Shown: positions 51,326 through 60,318 of the stretch, piece after piece | How the letters are laid out: each line of letters starts with the position of its first letter | Numbering within the stretch: position 1 is the first letter of the stretch | NCBI GenBank assembly: GCA_964201005.1 | Contig: CAXNCS010000002.1 | Location: forward strand, 14,773 to 78,772 | Reading direction: 5' to 3' | From: Myxococcota bacterium | GTDB lineage: Bacteria > Myxococcota_A > UBA9042 | DNA length: 64,000 bases | Program-made: the position numbers and the translations under genes | Notes under the pieces: model-generated | The model's input: only the letters and a program-made list of their open reading frames with translations | Told to the model about the DNA's origin: nothing | The model's database searches: none

Positions 51326-53149
51326 ATGACCAACGCCCACCATAGCGAGCGCGAACCGGATCCGCGGTTGGCCGCCGTGGCGAAGGTCGCCCGGGCTCTC
51401 TCCGCGCCGCTGTCGTTGCCGGAGACCCTGGAGGAGATTCTCGCCGCGGTTCGCCAGGCCGTCGACGCCGACCGCGCCACGCTCTACATCGTCGACGACA
51501 CCGAAGAAGTGCTGAGCTCCATCGCCATGGGCAAGGAGATCCGCCCGATTCGCTTGCATTTTGGCCAAGGTCTCGCCGGTTGGGTCGCCCAGACCCGCCG
51601 CACCGTCAACGTCAAGGATGCCTACCAGGATCCCCGCTTTGACGCGAGTTGGGACCTGGAGAACGGCTATCGCACCCGCTCCATGCTGTGCCAGCCAGTG
51701 CTCGACCGCGAAGACAATCTGGTCGCCGTGGCTCAGGTGCTCAACAAGCGCGGCGGCTGGTTCAGCGTGGCCGATGAGGAGTTGCTGGCGGCGATCCTGT
51801 CAATGGCCGCGATTTCTATTGTGAATGCTCGATTGGCGGAGAAGCTCGCGGCCAACAATGCCCTGCTGATCCTCGCCCGCACCGATCTGGCCAACCGCGT
51901 GCGCGAAATCGACATGCTCTACGACCTGGAGCGCGAAGCGGCCCGCGCGGCGACACTGGATGAAGCGGTTCGCGGCGTGATGGAGCGAATCCTGTGCACC
52001 CTGGACGCCGACTTGCTGGAAATGGCGGTGCGGAGAGAGGCAGGCGGCCTGGTGCTCTATCGCTCGGCCGGGCCGGATTTTTATGACGTGGTGCAGCTGC
52101 CCACGATTACAGGCCTGATGGGCAAAGTGTTTTCTGCTCCCCAGCGCTACAATCCCTGCGATATGGCGCCCGGAGAATTGGCGCGCCTGGCCGACGAAGA
52201 GCAGCTGCCGTTTGTGCCCGCCGCCGGCCTTTGCGTGCCCTTGGAGCGCGATACCGGGTTTGTGGGCGCGCTGGCGGTGTATTGGAAGACCGGTGGCCAC
52301 AGCTGCTTGACGGAGTCGCAAGAGCGCGTGGTTGAATTGTCGGCCGATCAGATTGGCCACGCCCTGGGCCAACGCATGGCGCGCCAGCAATTGGAACGGC
52401 AAGATCGCCTCGCGGCCATCGGTTCAGCGCTCTCTGCGGTGCTCCACGACCTCAAGACCCCGGTCACGGTTGCATCTGGCTACGTGCAACTGCTCAAGAT
52501 GGAAGATGATGCCCAGGAGCGCGCCCAGTTGTCCGATCTGGTGTTGTCCCAGCTCGCAAAGATGACGGAGATGACCCGCGACGTCCTGAGCTTTGCCCGC
52601 GGCGATCGCGACCTGCTGCTGCGCAAGGTGCTGATGACGGAGCTGGCGAGCGACCTCCGCATTGCCCTGGAAGGCGTGTTTGACGGCTCCAAGGTCCAGT
52701 GGCAAGTGCACTGCGAGGACCGCGGCTTTGCCCGCTTTGACCTCAACAAAGTGACGCGGGCCCTGGTGAATCTGGCGCGCAATGCCCGCGATGCCCTGGA
52801 CACCTGCGCCGCCAACCCGGATCAGCCCCTGCTGTTCCAGTTGACGCTGGCGGCCCAGGGCGATCAGCTGGTCTTTACCGCCCAGGACAACGGCCCCGGC
52901 GTGCCGCGCGAGTTCCAGCACCGGCTGTTTGAGGCCTTTGCCACCCACGGCAAGAAGGACGGGACGGGCATTGGCCTGGCGATGGCGAGGCGGGTGGCGC
53001 TGGCCCACGGCGGCGAAGTCGAATACCGCGAGACCCCGGGCGGCGGCGCGACGTTTGAGATGCATCTGCCCCGCGATCCCCAGGGCCGGCGCACCTCTGA
53101 GAGAATTCCCAATCCAGATATGTCCTTAGCCGTCACGCCTCTGACGTAG
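51326..53149 (+). CDS. GAF-domain sensor histidine kinase
   Basis: Trimmed to ATG 51326 (MTNAHHSEREPD). A GAF domain (DRATLYIVDD..GLAGWVAQTRRTVNVKDAYQDPRF..SMLCQPV) is followed by a second GAF-like region. The H-box is LSAVLHDLKTPV. The HATPase_c motifs are NLARNARDA, DNGPGVP and GTGIGLAMARR. Confidence 0.9.
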   Translation: MTNAHHSEREPDPRLAAVAKVARALSAPLSLPETLEEILAAVRQAVDADRATLYIVDDTEEVLSSIAMGKEIRPIRLHFGQGLAGWVAQTRRTVNVKDAYQDPRFDASWDLENGYRTRSMLCQPVLDREDNLVAVAQVLNKRGGWFSVADEELLAAILSMAAISIVNARLAEKLAANNALLILARTDLANRVREIDMLYDLEREAARAATLDEAVRGVMERILCTLDADLLEMAVRREAGGLVLYRSAGPDFYDVVQLPTITGLMGKVFSAPQRYNPCDMAPGELARLADEEQLPFVPAAGLCVPLERDTGFVGALAVYWKTGGHSCLTESQERVVELSADQIGHALGQRMARQQLERQDRLAAIGSALSAVLHDLKTPVTVASGYVQLLKMEDDAQERAQLSDLVLSQLAKMTEMTRDVLSFARGDRDLLLRKVLMTELASDLRIALEGVFDGSKVQWQVHCEDRGFARFDLNKVTRALVNLARNARDALDTCAANPDQPLLFQLTLAAQGDQLVFTAQDNGPGVPREFQHRLFEAFATHGKKDGTGIGLAMARRVALAHGGEVEYRETPGGGATFEMHLPRDPQGRRTSERIPNPDMSLAVTPLT

Positions 53150-53168
53150 CCCCCCGGGACAGCGCACA

Positions 53169-53272
53169 GCGATCTGCGCGGCGATCGTCCAAGTGGCGAT
53201 CTCGCCAGCGATCTCTGGGCTCTGGCGATCGCTGCCCAGGCTGACAACCCGCGAAAAACTAGACGCGATCGC
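53169..53272. repeat. cluster of six GCGATC (GATC-containing) motifs in 104 bp of intergenic DNA
   Basis: GCGATC starts at 53169, 53181, 53196, 53208, 53225 and 53265. The last two are full GCGATCGC octamers. The cluster lies between the kinase stop (53149) and the ftsB-like start (53312). Confidence 0.6.
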
Positions 53273-53311
53273 GCAATTCTTTACGCTCTGCCGCTGTACT
53301 GGGAGGCGGCA

Positions 53312-53614
53312 ATGGCGTGGCTGCGCAGAATCTTTGGCATCGTTTGGGCGCTGTGCAAGACCACGGTCTACATCGCCTTTGCCGCGATCTGTGTCGTGGG
53401 GCTGGTGCACGCCTTTACCGCGCGGAGTCCCGCTGACGACCGCCAGGCCGAATTGCAGCGCAAGCGCGAACAGTTGCTGGAGGCAGAGACGCGCCATCAG
53501 GAGCTCAAAGCCCGCGCCGAGGCCTTTGCCACCCGCGCCGACGTCCGCATCCAGACGATCCGCACAGAGTTGGGGATGCTGCGACCCGGCGAGCGGATCT
53601 ACGTGCTCAAGTAG
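53312..53614 (+). CDS. ftsB: septum-formation initiator family protein (FtsB/DivIC-like)
   Basis: 100 aa. An N-terminal TM helix (IFGIVWALCKTTVYIAFAAICVVGLV) is followed by a coiled coil (QAELQRKREQLLEAETRHQELKARAEAF). The tail IRTELGMLRPGERIYVL is typical of FtsB/DivIC. Confidence 0.7.
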   Translation: MAWLRRIFGIVWALCKTTVYIAFAAICVVGLVHAFTARSPADDRQAELQRKREQLLEAETRHQELKARAEAFATRADVRIQTIRTELGMLRPGERIYVLK

Positions 53615-53749
53615 AGTTGCGCGACCGCAGTGGGTTTGGGCAGCGGCGCTCCATGGGCGATTCCGGTGCCAGGCCTGCGCTTGCGGCACCTGCTCGCGCC
53701 GCCTACACTTACGACCCCTTGGCCGATTGGCAGGCCGCGGAGCGCTACG

Positions 53750-54316
53750 ATGTCGTTTTTTGGCAAGAAGCCCCTCAAGACCATTGCACCCCTAGAGACC
53801 GCAAAGACGGTGTTCGCCGATTTTGACACGACGCTGGGCAAATTCCGCATCCAGCTCTTTGTCGATAAGGCCCCGCAGACGGTGACGAATTTCATCCAGT
53901 TGGCTGAAGGCACGGTCGCTTGGAAGAACCCCTTCACCGGCAAAGATGAGACGCGTCCGTACTACGACGGCCTCATGTTCCACCGGGTGATCGACGGGTT
54001 CATGCTCCAGGGCGGCTGCCCCAAGGGCGAGGGCACCGGCGGCCCAGGTTGGCAGTTTGGCGATGAATTCCATCCGACGCTGCGCCACACCAAGGCCGGC
54101 ATCCTCTCGATGGCCAACGCGGGCCCGGGGACCAACGGCAGCCAGTTCTTCATCACCGTCGCGCCGACTCCGCACTTGGACAACCGCCACTCGGTGTTTG
54201 GCGAAGTGGTCGAAGGCCTCGACGTGGTCATGGCGATCAGCAAAGTGCCCGTGGGCGCCGGCGACCGTCCGCGCACCCAGGTGACCATCAACAAGGTCAC
54301 GATCGTCCGCGCTTAG
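53750..54316 (+). CDS. cyclophilin-type peptidyl-prolyl cis-trans isomerase
   Basis: Trimmed to ATG 53750. Motifs: FHRVIDGFMLQGG, GTGGPG, LSMANAGPGTNGSQFFIT and HLDNRHSVFGEVVEGLDVV are canonical cyclophilin motifs. Confidence 0.95.
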   Translation: MSFFGKKPLKTIAPLETAKTVFADFDTTLGKFRIQLFVDKAPQTVTNFIQLAEGTVAWKNPFTGKDETRPYYDGLMFHRVIDGFMLQGGCPKGEGTGGPGWQFGDEFHPTLRHTKAGILSMANAGPGTNGSQFFITVAPTPHLDNRHSVFGEVVEGLDVVMAISKVPVGAGDRPRTQVTINKVTIVRA

Positions 54317-54607
54317 CAGGACCAACAGGAAGAACTCGTTGGTTTCCTTGGCACCGCCGGGTGGGCAGGCGAGCTCACCTAGGCGGGATTGCGGCGCCGC
54401 CCAGGCCCCAAGTCGATTGATTTCCGCTTGGTGGGGCACAAAGAGGATGTGAAAGAACGGCTGATCGGAGCCCTCGATGGTCGAAGAGACCCTTGATGTC
54501 CCTCGCCGTTCTTGCACATCCAGAATGTTTTCGCAGGGTGTGCGTATACCGTCGCGCTCGAATTGCACCAACGCGGAGGGGTCATGGGTCAGCGCTCTTG
54601 GCAACGG

Positions 54608-55318
54608 ATGGAACGGCCGCAGAACGCTTCGGGGCGGCCCAGCAAGCAGACCGGGGCACGGGCAGGGGGCGCGGCGCTCCTGGGCCTGGGTTTAGTGGCG
54701 CTTGCGGCTTGCTCTGAACCGGTAGACTGCGGCGCGGAGCCAGGGCGCTGCTTGCCCCCCGCGTATGGTGCGGCCACCACGGCGCTGCGCGGCCCGGTGC
54801 AGGCGCTTCGCCCCCAACCTGTGGCAGGCGAAGCGAATTCTCTCAAGGCCTTGCAGGCCCCGGCGGCCGCGCTCAGGCCCTTGCCTGCCGGCGCCAAGCG
54901 CCTCAGGGCCATCCCGCCGACAGACACGCTGGCCGCGCGCTCCCGCGATGGCGCCGTGGCTCAGGTCCGCGACGACGCGGCGGCTGCCGTGACCGCGCCG
55001 GTTGATCGCTCCCGGGCCATCCGCGCAGCGCTCAAAGACGTTGTGCCGGCGCTCAAGGCCCACGACTTTGAAGCGCTCAAGGCCAAGGCCACCCAGCGCT
55101 TTGCCCAGAATATTCCAGACATCCAAGCCAAGTACGCAGAGCGCTTTTGGCGCCACGCGGACAAATACGTGCCGGTATTGACGGGCGCGCCGCCGACGAT
55201 CGAGCTTGAGGACCAGGGCGACGGCCGGGTTCAGGCCAAGATCACCGCGCCCGACACCACGGAATTGCGCTGCATTCTTGTGCAAGAGGCCGGCAGCTGG
55301 AAGATCGATCGATTCTGA
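54608..55318 (+). CDS. hypothetical lipoprotein
   Basis: ORF 54512..55318. Candidate starts are ATG 54608 or 54584, ahead of GGAALLGLGLVALAAC (lipobox). An Ala/Pro-rich linker follows. The C-terminal ~110 aa look globular (SnoaL/DUF4878-like impression only). Confidence 0.5.
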   Translation: MERPQNASGRPSKQTGARAGGAALLGLGLVALAACSEPVDCGAEPGRCLPPAYGAATTALRGPVQALRPQPVAGEANSLKALQAPAAALRPLPAGAKRLRAIPPTDTLAARSRDGAVAQVRDDAAAAVTAPVDRSRAIRAALKDVVPALKAHDFEALKAKATQRFAQNIPDIQAKYAERFWRHADKYVPVLTGAPPTIELEDQGDGRVQAKITAPDTTELRCILVQEAGSWKIDRF

Positions 55319-55397
55319 GAGCCCGCAAGACAGCCGGTCCTCAGGTACGACAGCGCTAGAGCGCCGCAACAGCTTCGCTCCGCAGGAGAAACTCTCT

Positions 55398-56366
55398 ATG
55401 AATCACCATCGTTTGGCATGGGCCATGTGCGCGGCTGCGGCGGCGCTGACTTGGGGCTGCAAGAAGAAGGAACCCGAGGTCAAGCCGGAGGCCAAACCCG
55501 CCACGGCTGCTGCGCAAGGGGCCAAGGCCGCGGATGCACCGGGCGATGCCAGCCCTGCCGCGGCGCCCACGGCCGTCACGCCGGTGGAAGCTGAGCCGGA
55601 TCCCGCGAAAAATGCTTGGAATCTGCCCGCGCGCGGCGCCCAGCTCAAGGACGGCGATCGGGTCTTTGTGCTTACCCAAGGCAAAGATCGCAGCTATGGC
55701 GACGCCAGCAAGCCGTACCGGCTGTTTGCCCACGATGTCGGCGAGGTCAAAGGCGACGTGATCACGATCAAAGAGCTGGCAGGCGGCTCGTTCAAGACCA
55801 CCGGGCTGTTTGTCATTGCCGCGGGCAGCCAGGCGGGCGAGGTCAAGGTCGGCGATCTGGTGCTCGCGGAGTGGGCAAGCGAGCTCAAGCACGCGCTGGT
55901 GCAGAAGGTCGAAGGCGACAAAATCACCGTTCGCTACACCGATCTGCCGGACAACTGGGCAGAGAACCAGCTGGTCAAGGTGCTGGGCCCGCGCGACGTG
56001 ACCCGGCAAAAAGAAGGGCTCCAACCGGGCAATTTCGCTTTTGCCAAAGGCGTGCAGTCGCGCGACGAGCTGGTGCTGTTGATCGCTGAATCCGGCGACA
56101 ATTGGCTGGTGCGGCAGTTCAGCCAGCGCGTGCGCTCGGTGGCCAAGAGCGACCTGCGGCCCGTGCCGCTCAAGCCGGCGCTCAAGGCTGGGCAGGCGGT
56201 CGAAGTGCCTTGGGTGGGCCAGATCTACCCCGCCAAGGTGACCAAGGTTCTGGGCACGCGCGTTGAAGTCAAAGCCGAAGGCGCCCAGACCAAAGAGGCG
56301 TTTACCGTCGCCCTGGGTCAGGTCGCGCCGCTCGAAGCGAAGCCCGCGCCCGCCAAGGGCAACTAG
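55398..56366 (+). CDS. hypothetical lipoprotein with two SH3/Tudor-like repeats
   Basis: ATG 55398 with an AGGAG SD (MNHHRLAWAMCAAAAALTWGC, lipobox). A Lys/Pro/Ala tether follows. There are two similar beta-rich segments (GDLVLAEWASELKHALVQKVEGDKITVRY and GQAVEVPWVGQIYPAKVTKVLGTRVEVK). Confidence 0.6.
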   Translation: MNHHRLAWAMCAAAAALTWGCKKKEPEVKPEAKPATAAAQGAKAADAPGDASPAAAPTAVTPVEAEPDPAKNAWNLPARGAQLKDGDRVFVLTQGKDRSYGDASKPYRLFAHDVGEVKGDVITIKELAGGSFKTTGLFVIAAGSQAGEVKVGDLVLAEWASELKHALVQKVEGDKITVRYTDLPDNWAENQLVKVLGPRDVTRQKEGLQPGNFAFAKGVQSRDELVLLIAESGDNWLVRQFSQRVRSVAKSDLRPVPLKPALKAGQAVEVPWVGQIYPAKVTKVLGTRVEVKAEGAQTKEAFTVALGQVAPLEAKPAPAKGN

Positions 56367-56372
56367 CGGCCG

Positions 56373-56750
56373 GTGGAGCCAGACCGACCCAAGGTTCTGG
56401 TCATTGAAGACGATCCGCTGATCGCCCGCGTCATGCAGCGGGTGCTGGCGGCGGAATTTGACGTGACCGTGACCCAAGATGGCCAGTCGGCGATCGACCT
56501 GATGCGCCGGCAGTTCTTTGCGGCGGTCGTCACCGACGTGATGATGCCGGGGCTCACAGGCTTGGACGTATTCAAAACCCTGAGGACGGACAACCCTTTG
56601 CAGGCCAGCCGCGTGGTGTTTGTGACGGGCTGCGCCTGGGCAGAGGATTTGGACGATCAGCTGGGCCAGACCGGTCGGCCCGTGCTGGAGAAGCCGTTTT
56701 CCTTTGCGGCGCTCAGCGAAATCGTGCGGCAGTGCGCGATCAATCCGTGA
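56373..56750 (+). CDS. single-domain response regulator (CheY-like receiver)
   Basis: GTG start 4 nt after the upstream stop. Motifs: KVLVIEDD, VVTDVMMPGLTG (phospho-acceptor Asp context), VVFVTG and EKPF. Confidence 0.85.
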   Translation: MEPDRPKVLVIEDDPLIARVMQRVLAAEFDVTVTQDGQSAIDLMRRQFFAAVVTDVMMPGLTGLDVFKTLRTDNPLQASRVVFVTGCAWAEDLDDQLGQTGRPVLEKPFSFAALSEIVRQCAINP

Positions 56751-56813
56751 GGGAACGGCGCGGGTTTGGCGCGGTTGTTGACCGCGAGTGCGCGCCCCCC
56801 TACGCTGGGTGGG

Positions 56814-58502
56814 ATGCAGTACCCTCTTCGCCTTGCCGTCTTGTCTGCCCTTGCTTTGGCCGCCCTAGGGAACGCGTTTGCGCCGGCAATCGCCTGGTCC
56901 GCCGAGCCTTCTCCGCCCGCGCCGCCCGCTCTGGAGCCACCTAAGGCCGCAGAGCCCCTCAAGACCGCCGTGCCGCCGTCGCCGCGTTGGCCGTTTGTCG
57001 CCGCGCAGCCCAAGGTCAAAGATCAGGGCCAAGGCGGCGTGGGACTCGTGCTCGAGGCGCGGGGCAATGCCGTGTTTTGTCAACAGATTATTCCTGGGGG
57101 CCCGGCGAGTCGCGCCGGCTTGCAGGCGGGCGACCAGCTGATCCGCGTGGACACCTGGCCGGTGCCGGCGGGGGCAAAGGTGCCCGAAGTGGCCGAGCAT
57201 GTCCGCGGAAAGCCCGGCAGCACCGCTGAGATTGAGGTCCGCCGCAACGGTCAAGCGCTGGTGACCCAAGTGACCCGCGAGCTCCTGGAGCGGATGTTTC
57301 CCGCGCAGTCCAAGGCGCCGATGGTGGTCAAAGGCGGGTTTTCGCTGCTCGCCAGCGGGGCGATGTTCAACCTGGGGCTCCAGTTTGTCGAAGGGGCGGC
57401 GCCGGGCCAGCCGCTGCGCTATGTCTGGAGGTCAGCGCCTCTGAGTCAGCCCCTGGGCAGCGCCGCAGCGGTCAGCGGCAACGGCATGGTCAGCGTCGAT
57501 CCGCGCGAGGGAGCGCTGCTGCAGGTGGGCGACTGGCGCCTGGACCTCAAGGCCCAACCCGACGGCGAAATTTGGGTCACCGCAAGCAATTTGCCGCTGC
57601 ACGAGCCCGCTGGTGACTGGCTCAGCGTCGCGCCGCCGTGGCCCAGCCTGGTCAAGCCGCGGGCCGCAGCGACGCGCAAAGTGACGCGATGGCAGGGCCC
57701 GGCCCAGCTGCAGCTGGCGGTCACTGCGGGCGGAAAGCCGCTTGCGCGCACGCGTTTGGCCCTGAAATTGAGCGATGACACCGGCACGCAAATGGATACC
57801 GCGACCGCGCTGAGCGACGCCAAGGGCCTGGTGCGCTTTGCCGTGCCCAAGGGCCTGTACCGGGTCACGGCGCTCGTGGCCGCAGGGGCTGGCGAAGGCC
57901 GCGATGCTTTCTACGGTTTTTCCCTGCCTCCCGCCGATAGCGCTGCCACAGCGCCGGTGCAAGCCGATAGCCCCACGCCCGCGCCGCTCCAGCTGGTGGC
58001 CAAGCCGGACAGTCCGCCGGCCCAGCCGCTCAACTGGACCCAGGACGCGCGCATCGGCCAGGGGCTGCCGCGGCTGGAAGTGGCGCGCTGGTTTGGCCTG
58101 ACCAAGCCGCCGGAGAGCCTGGCGGGCAAAGTGCTGCTCCTGGACGTGTGGGCGACTTGGTGTGGACCCTGCAAGGCGACCGCGCCGCTGGTGGCAGAGC
58201 TGCACGCCCGGCTGGCCGCGGAAGGCCTCGTCGTGGTGGCGGCCAGCGTCGATCGCGACGAGCAGGCCCTGGAGGACTACGTCAAAGACCAGCTTCCCGG
58301 CGGGCCCGCGGTGGCCTGGTTGGGTCCAGAGGCTATGGAAGTGCTGGAGACGGAGAGCGTCCCGACGTTCATCGCCGTGGATCACCAGGGGCGGATTCGC
58401 GGCCTGCACAAGGGCACCGGCTGGACCCTTGAGCAAGCCGAGCCGTGGCTGCGCGGGCTGCTAGCGGAAGCCAAGGCCGCGGCCAAGTCGCCTAAGAAAT
58501 AG
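56814..58502 (+). CDS. secreted PDZ-domain protein with C-terminal TlpA/ResA-like thiol-disulfide oxidoreductase domain
   Basis: Trimmed to ATG 56814 (MQYPLRLAVLSALALAALGNAFA, signal peptide). PDZ: GVGLVLEARGNAVFCQQIIPGGPASRAGLQAGDQLIRVD. A central beta-rich (carboxypeptidase-regulatory-like) region follows. The thioredoxin fold reads VLLLDVWATWCGPCKATAP...VPTFIAVDHQGRI. Confidence 0.8.
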   Translation: MQYPLRLAVLSALALAALGNAFAPAIAWSAEPSPPAPPALEPPKAAEPLKTAVPPSPRWPFVAAQPKVKDQGQGGVGLVLEARGNAVFCQQIIPGGPASRAGLQAGDQLIRVDTWPVPAGAKVPEVAEHVRGKPGSTAEIEVRRNGQALVTQVTRELLERMFPAQSKAPMVVKGGFSLLASGAMFNLGLQFVEGAAPGQPLRYVWRSAPLSQPLGSAAAVSGNGMVSVDPREGALLQVGDWRLDLKAQPDGEIWVTASNLPLHEPAGDWLSVAPPWPSLVKPRAAATRKVTRWQGPAQLQLAVTAGGKPLARTRLALKLSDDTGTQMDTATALSDAKGLVRFAVPKGLYRVTALVAAGAGEGRDAFYGFSLPPADSAATAPVQADSPTPAPLQLVAKPDSPPAQPLNWTQDARIGQGLPRLEVARWFGLTKPPESLAGKVLLLDVWATWCGPCKATAPLVAELHARLAAEGLVVVAASVDRDEQALEDYVKDQLPGGPAVAWLGPEAMEVLETESVPTFIAVDHQGRIRGLHKGTGWTLEQAEPWLRGLLAEAKAAAKSPKK

Positions 58503-58511
58503 TGGAATCGC

Positions 58512-59159
58512 TTACTTGGCGGCTTTGTCGCCCGCGTCTTTTCGCGTCATCCGCACCATCATCACGTAAGCCGCGGCCAGCACCAGCACGGCAAGGCCGA
58601 TCACCATGGACTTGGCCTTGAGCACGACCATCAGCGCGTCCGGGTCTTTGATCAAGTTGGGCGCATCGCCGAGCACGGAAGCGCCAAACCAGGTCAGCAC
58701 CGTACACCAGAGCGCCGATCCCAGGGTCGTCATCAGCACATACGAGCCCAGCGGCATGCGCACCAGCCCGGCTGGGATGCCGATCAAGTGGCGAACCACG
58801 GGCAGCAAGCGGGCAAAGAAGATGCCGCCGGTCTGATAGCGGGCGACAAAGCGCTCTGACGCCTCAACTTTCTCTGGTGTAATGCGCACATACTTGCCAT
58901 AGCGCAGCAGCAGCGGCCGGCCCAGGTACTTGGAGGCCAGGTACATGATCACCGCGCCCACCACCGAGCCGATGGTCCCAGCGAGGATGACCCCAAGGTA
59001 GCTCAGCTCGCCCTTGGCCGCCCAATACGCCGCCGGCGGCACGATCACTTCGCTGGGGATCGGCACAATCGTCGACTCCAGCGCCATCATCGCCGCCACG
59101 CCGAGGTAGCCGAATTCCAAGGTCCGCTCAAAATACCAGGCAATCAGTTGGTGCAGCAT
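58512..59159 (-). CDS. DedA-family inner-membrane protein
   Basis: Trimmed to ATG 59159. Motifs: GYLGVAAMMALESTIVPIPSEVIVPPAAY, GRPLLLRYGKY and FFARLLPVVRHLIGIPAG form the DedA/SNARE-associated signature. Confidence 0.85.
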   Translation of the reverse strand: MLHQLIAWYFERTLEFGYLGVAAMMALESTIVPIPSEVIVPPAAYWAAKGELSYLGVILAGTIGSVVGAVIMYLASKYLGRPLLLRYGKYVRITPEKVEASERFVARYQTGGIFFARLLPVVRHLIGIPAGLVRMPLGSYVLMTTLGSALWCTVLTWFGASVLGDAPNLIKDPDALMVVLKAKSMVIGLAVLVLAAAYVMMVRMTRKDAGDKAAK

Positions 59160-59279
59160 TCTCAATTCCGCAGGGCGCAGGGCGCGCAAAAGCGCGAAAG
59201 CCTAGCGGTGCCGGCCGATGAGCGCAAGGTTCGCCGCGACCCCGGAATCGCCGCCTTGGGCGCAACTCGGCGTTGTCAC

Positions 59280-59330
59280 TCCGGTCCGGTCCTCAACGAC
59301 CGCGGCGGTCGCCTCCGGTCCGGTCCTCAT
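59280..59330. repeat. 17-nt perfect direct repeat CTCCGGTCCGGTCCTCA, two copies 34 nt apart
   Basis: Copies at 59280-59296 and 59314-59330, in the 235-bp gap between the MBL hydrolase stop and the dedA start. Confidence 0.6.
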
Positions 59331-59394
59331 TCCGTCTTGATTTGCATCCCAATTCGACGATCCGGCAAAATCCACATGGTGGATTTTGGCGACC

Positions 59395-60282
59395 TCAGGA
59401 GATCTTGAGTTCGATACCCTCGCGAGCGGCAAACACGAACAGCGGCGAACCCAGCCGGGCGGCGCGCTGGCGGCATGCCTCGATCTTCATCTCCACCTCG
59501 CGATCCGTCTGCATGGGATCGTGATGGTAAATCGCTAGTTGCTTGACGCCAGCCTGCACGGCCAAGTCGACCACGGTGGTCGCGCGGGCGTGGCCCCAGC
59601 CGGAATAGCGCAGATACTCGCTGTCCGTGTACTGGCCGTCGGCAATGAGCAGGTCGGCGCCCCGGCAGAATTCAACCATGCGCGCCGGCAGAATCCGCGG
59701 GGTGTTGGGCTCGCGCCTCGGCAAGTCCGGGTCGGCCAAGGTCAGGTCGAGCTCATTGTCCGTGGCGTACACCACCTTCTTGTCATCTTTCTCTAGCGAA
59801 TAGGCGTAGCTACCGCCTGGATGGCACTGCTCAAAGCTGCGCACTAGCACGCCGTCGATCAGCCGCGCCCCGGCGTCCCCCAAGTCGGTCGAGGCGACGT
59901 GCGAATTCAGTTCGCTGAAATCGACCGGAAAATACGACGATCGCATTTGCCCCGACAGCAGGCTGTGAAAGCGCTTGTCGCCGGCAAAGGTTCCGTAGAT
60001 GTAGAAGGTATTGTCTGGCAAGTAGGCGGGAGCAAAGAACGGAAAGCCCTGGATGTGGTCCCAGTGCATGTGGCTAAACAGGAAGTGCCCGACGAGCGGC
60101 CGATCCTGGCGGCGCAGCAGGTCCTGGCCCAGTTCGCGAAGCCCAGTGCCGCCGTCGCAGATAAAAAGCGTGTCGCCACTGCGGATTTCAACGCACGACG
60201 TATTGCCGCCGTAGCGGTACGACGAGCGACCCGGCGTCGGGATCGAGCCGCGGGTTCCCCAGAAGCGCACAAACAAGGCCAT
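59395..60282 (-). CDS. MBL-fold metallo-hydrolase (Lactamase_B_2; PhnP/RNase Z/phosphodiesterase-like)
   Basis: FWGTRGSIPTPG, NTSCVEI, ICDGGTG and FSHMHWDHIQGFPFF (HxHxDH metal motif), with a C-terminal YHHDP. Confidence 0.85.
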   Translation of the reverse strand: MALFVRFWGTRGSIPTPGRSSYRYGGNTSCVEIRSGDTLFICDGGTGLRELGQDLLRRQDRPLVGHFLFSHMHWDHIQGFPFFAPAYLPDNTFYIYGTFAGDKRFHSLLSGQMRSSYFPVDFSELNSHVASTDLGDAGARLIDGVLVRSFEQCHPGGSYAYSLEKDDKKVVYATDNELDLTLADPDLPRREPNTPRILPARMVEFCRGADLLIADGQYTDSEYLRYSGWGHARATTVVDLAVQAGVKQLAIYHHDPMQTDREVEMKIEACRQRAARLGSPLFVFAAREGIELKIS

Positions 60283-60318
60283 CGCCCAGTCCCCCGCTGC
60301 AAGCCCAATGGGCGAGCG

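Noticed and set aside
54380-54604. Possible HIT-family remnant on the minus strand (…RVSSTIEGSDQPFFHILFVPHQ… resembles …GGQ.V.H.H.H…) in the lower-GC gap after the cyclophilin gene
   Set aside because: Only about 30 residues resemble the HIT region, and the His triad is degenerate (HxLxV). There is no N-terminal half, and the frame runs antisense straight through the cyclophilin gene. At best it is a decayed fragment, which is not supportable as a feature.
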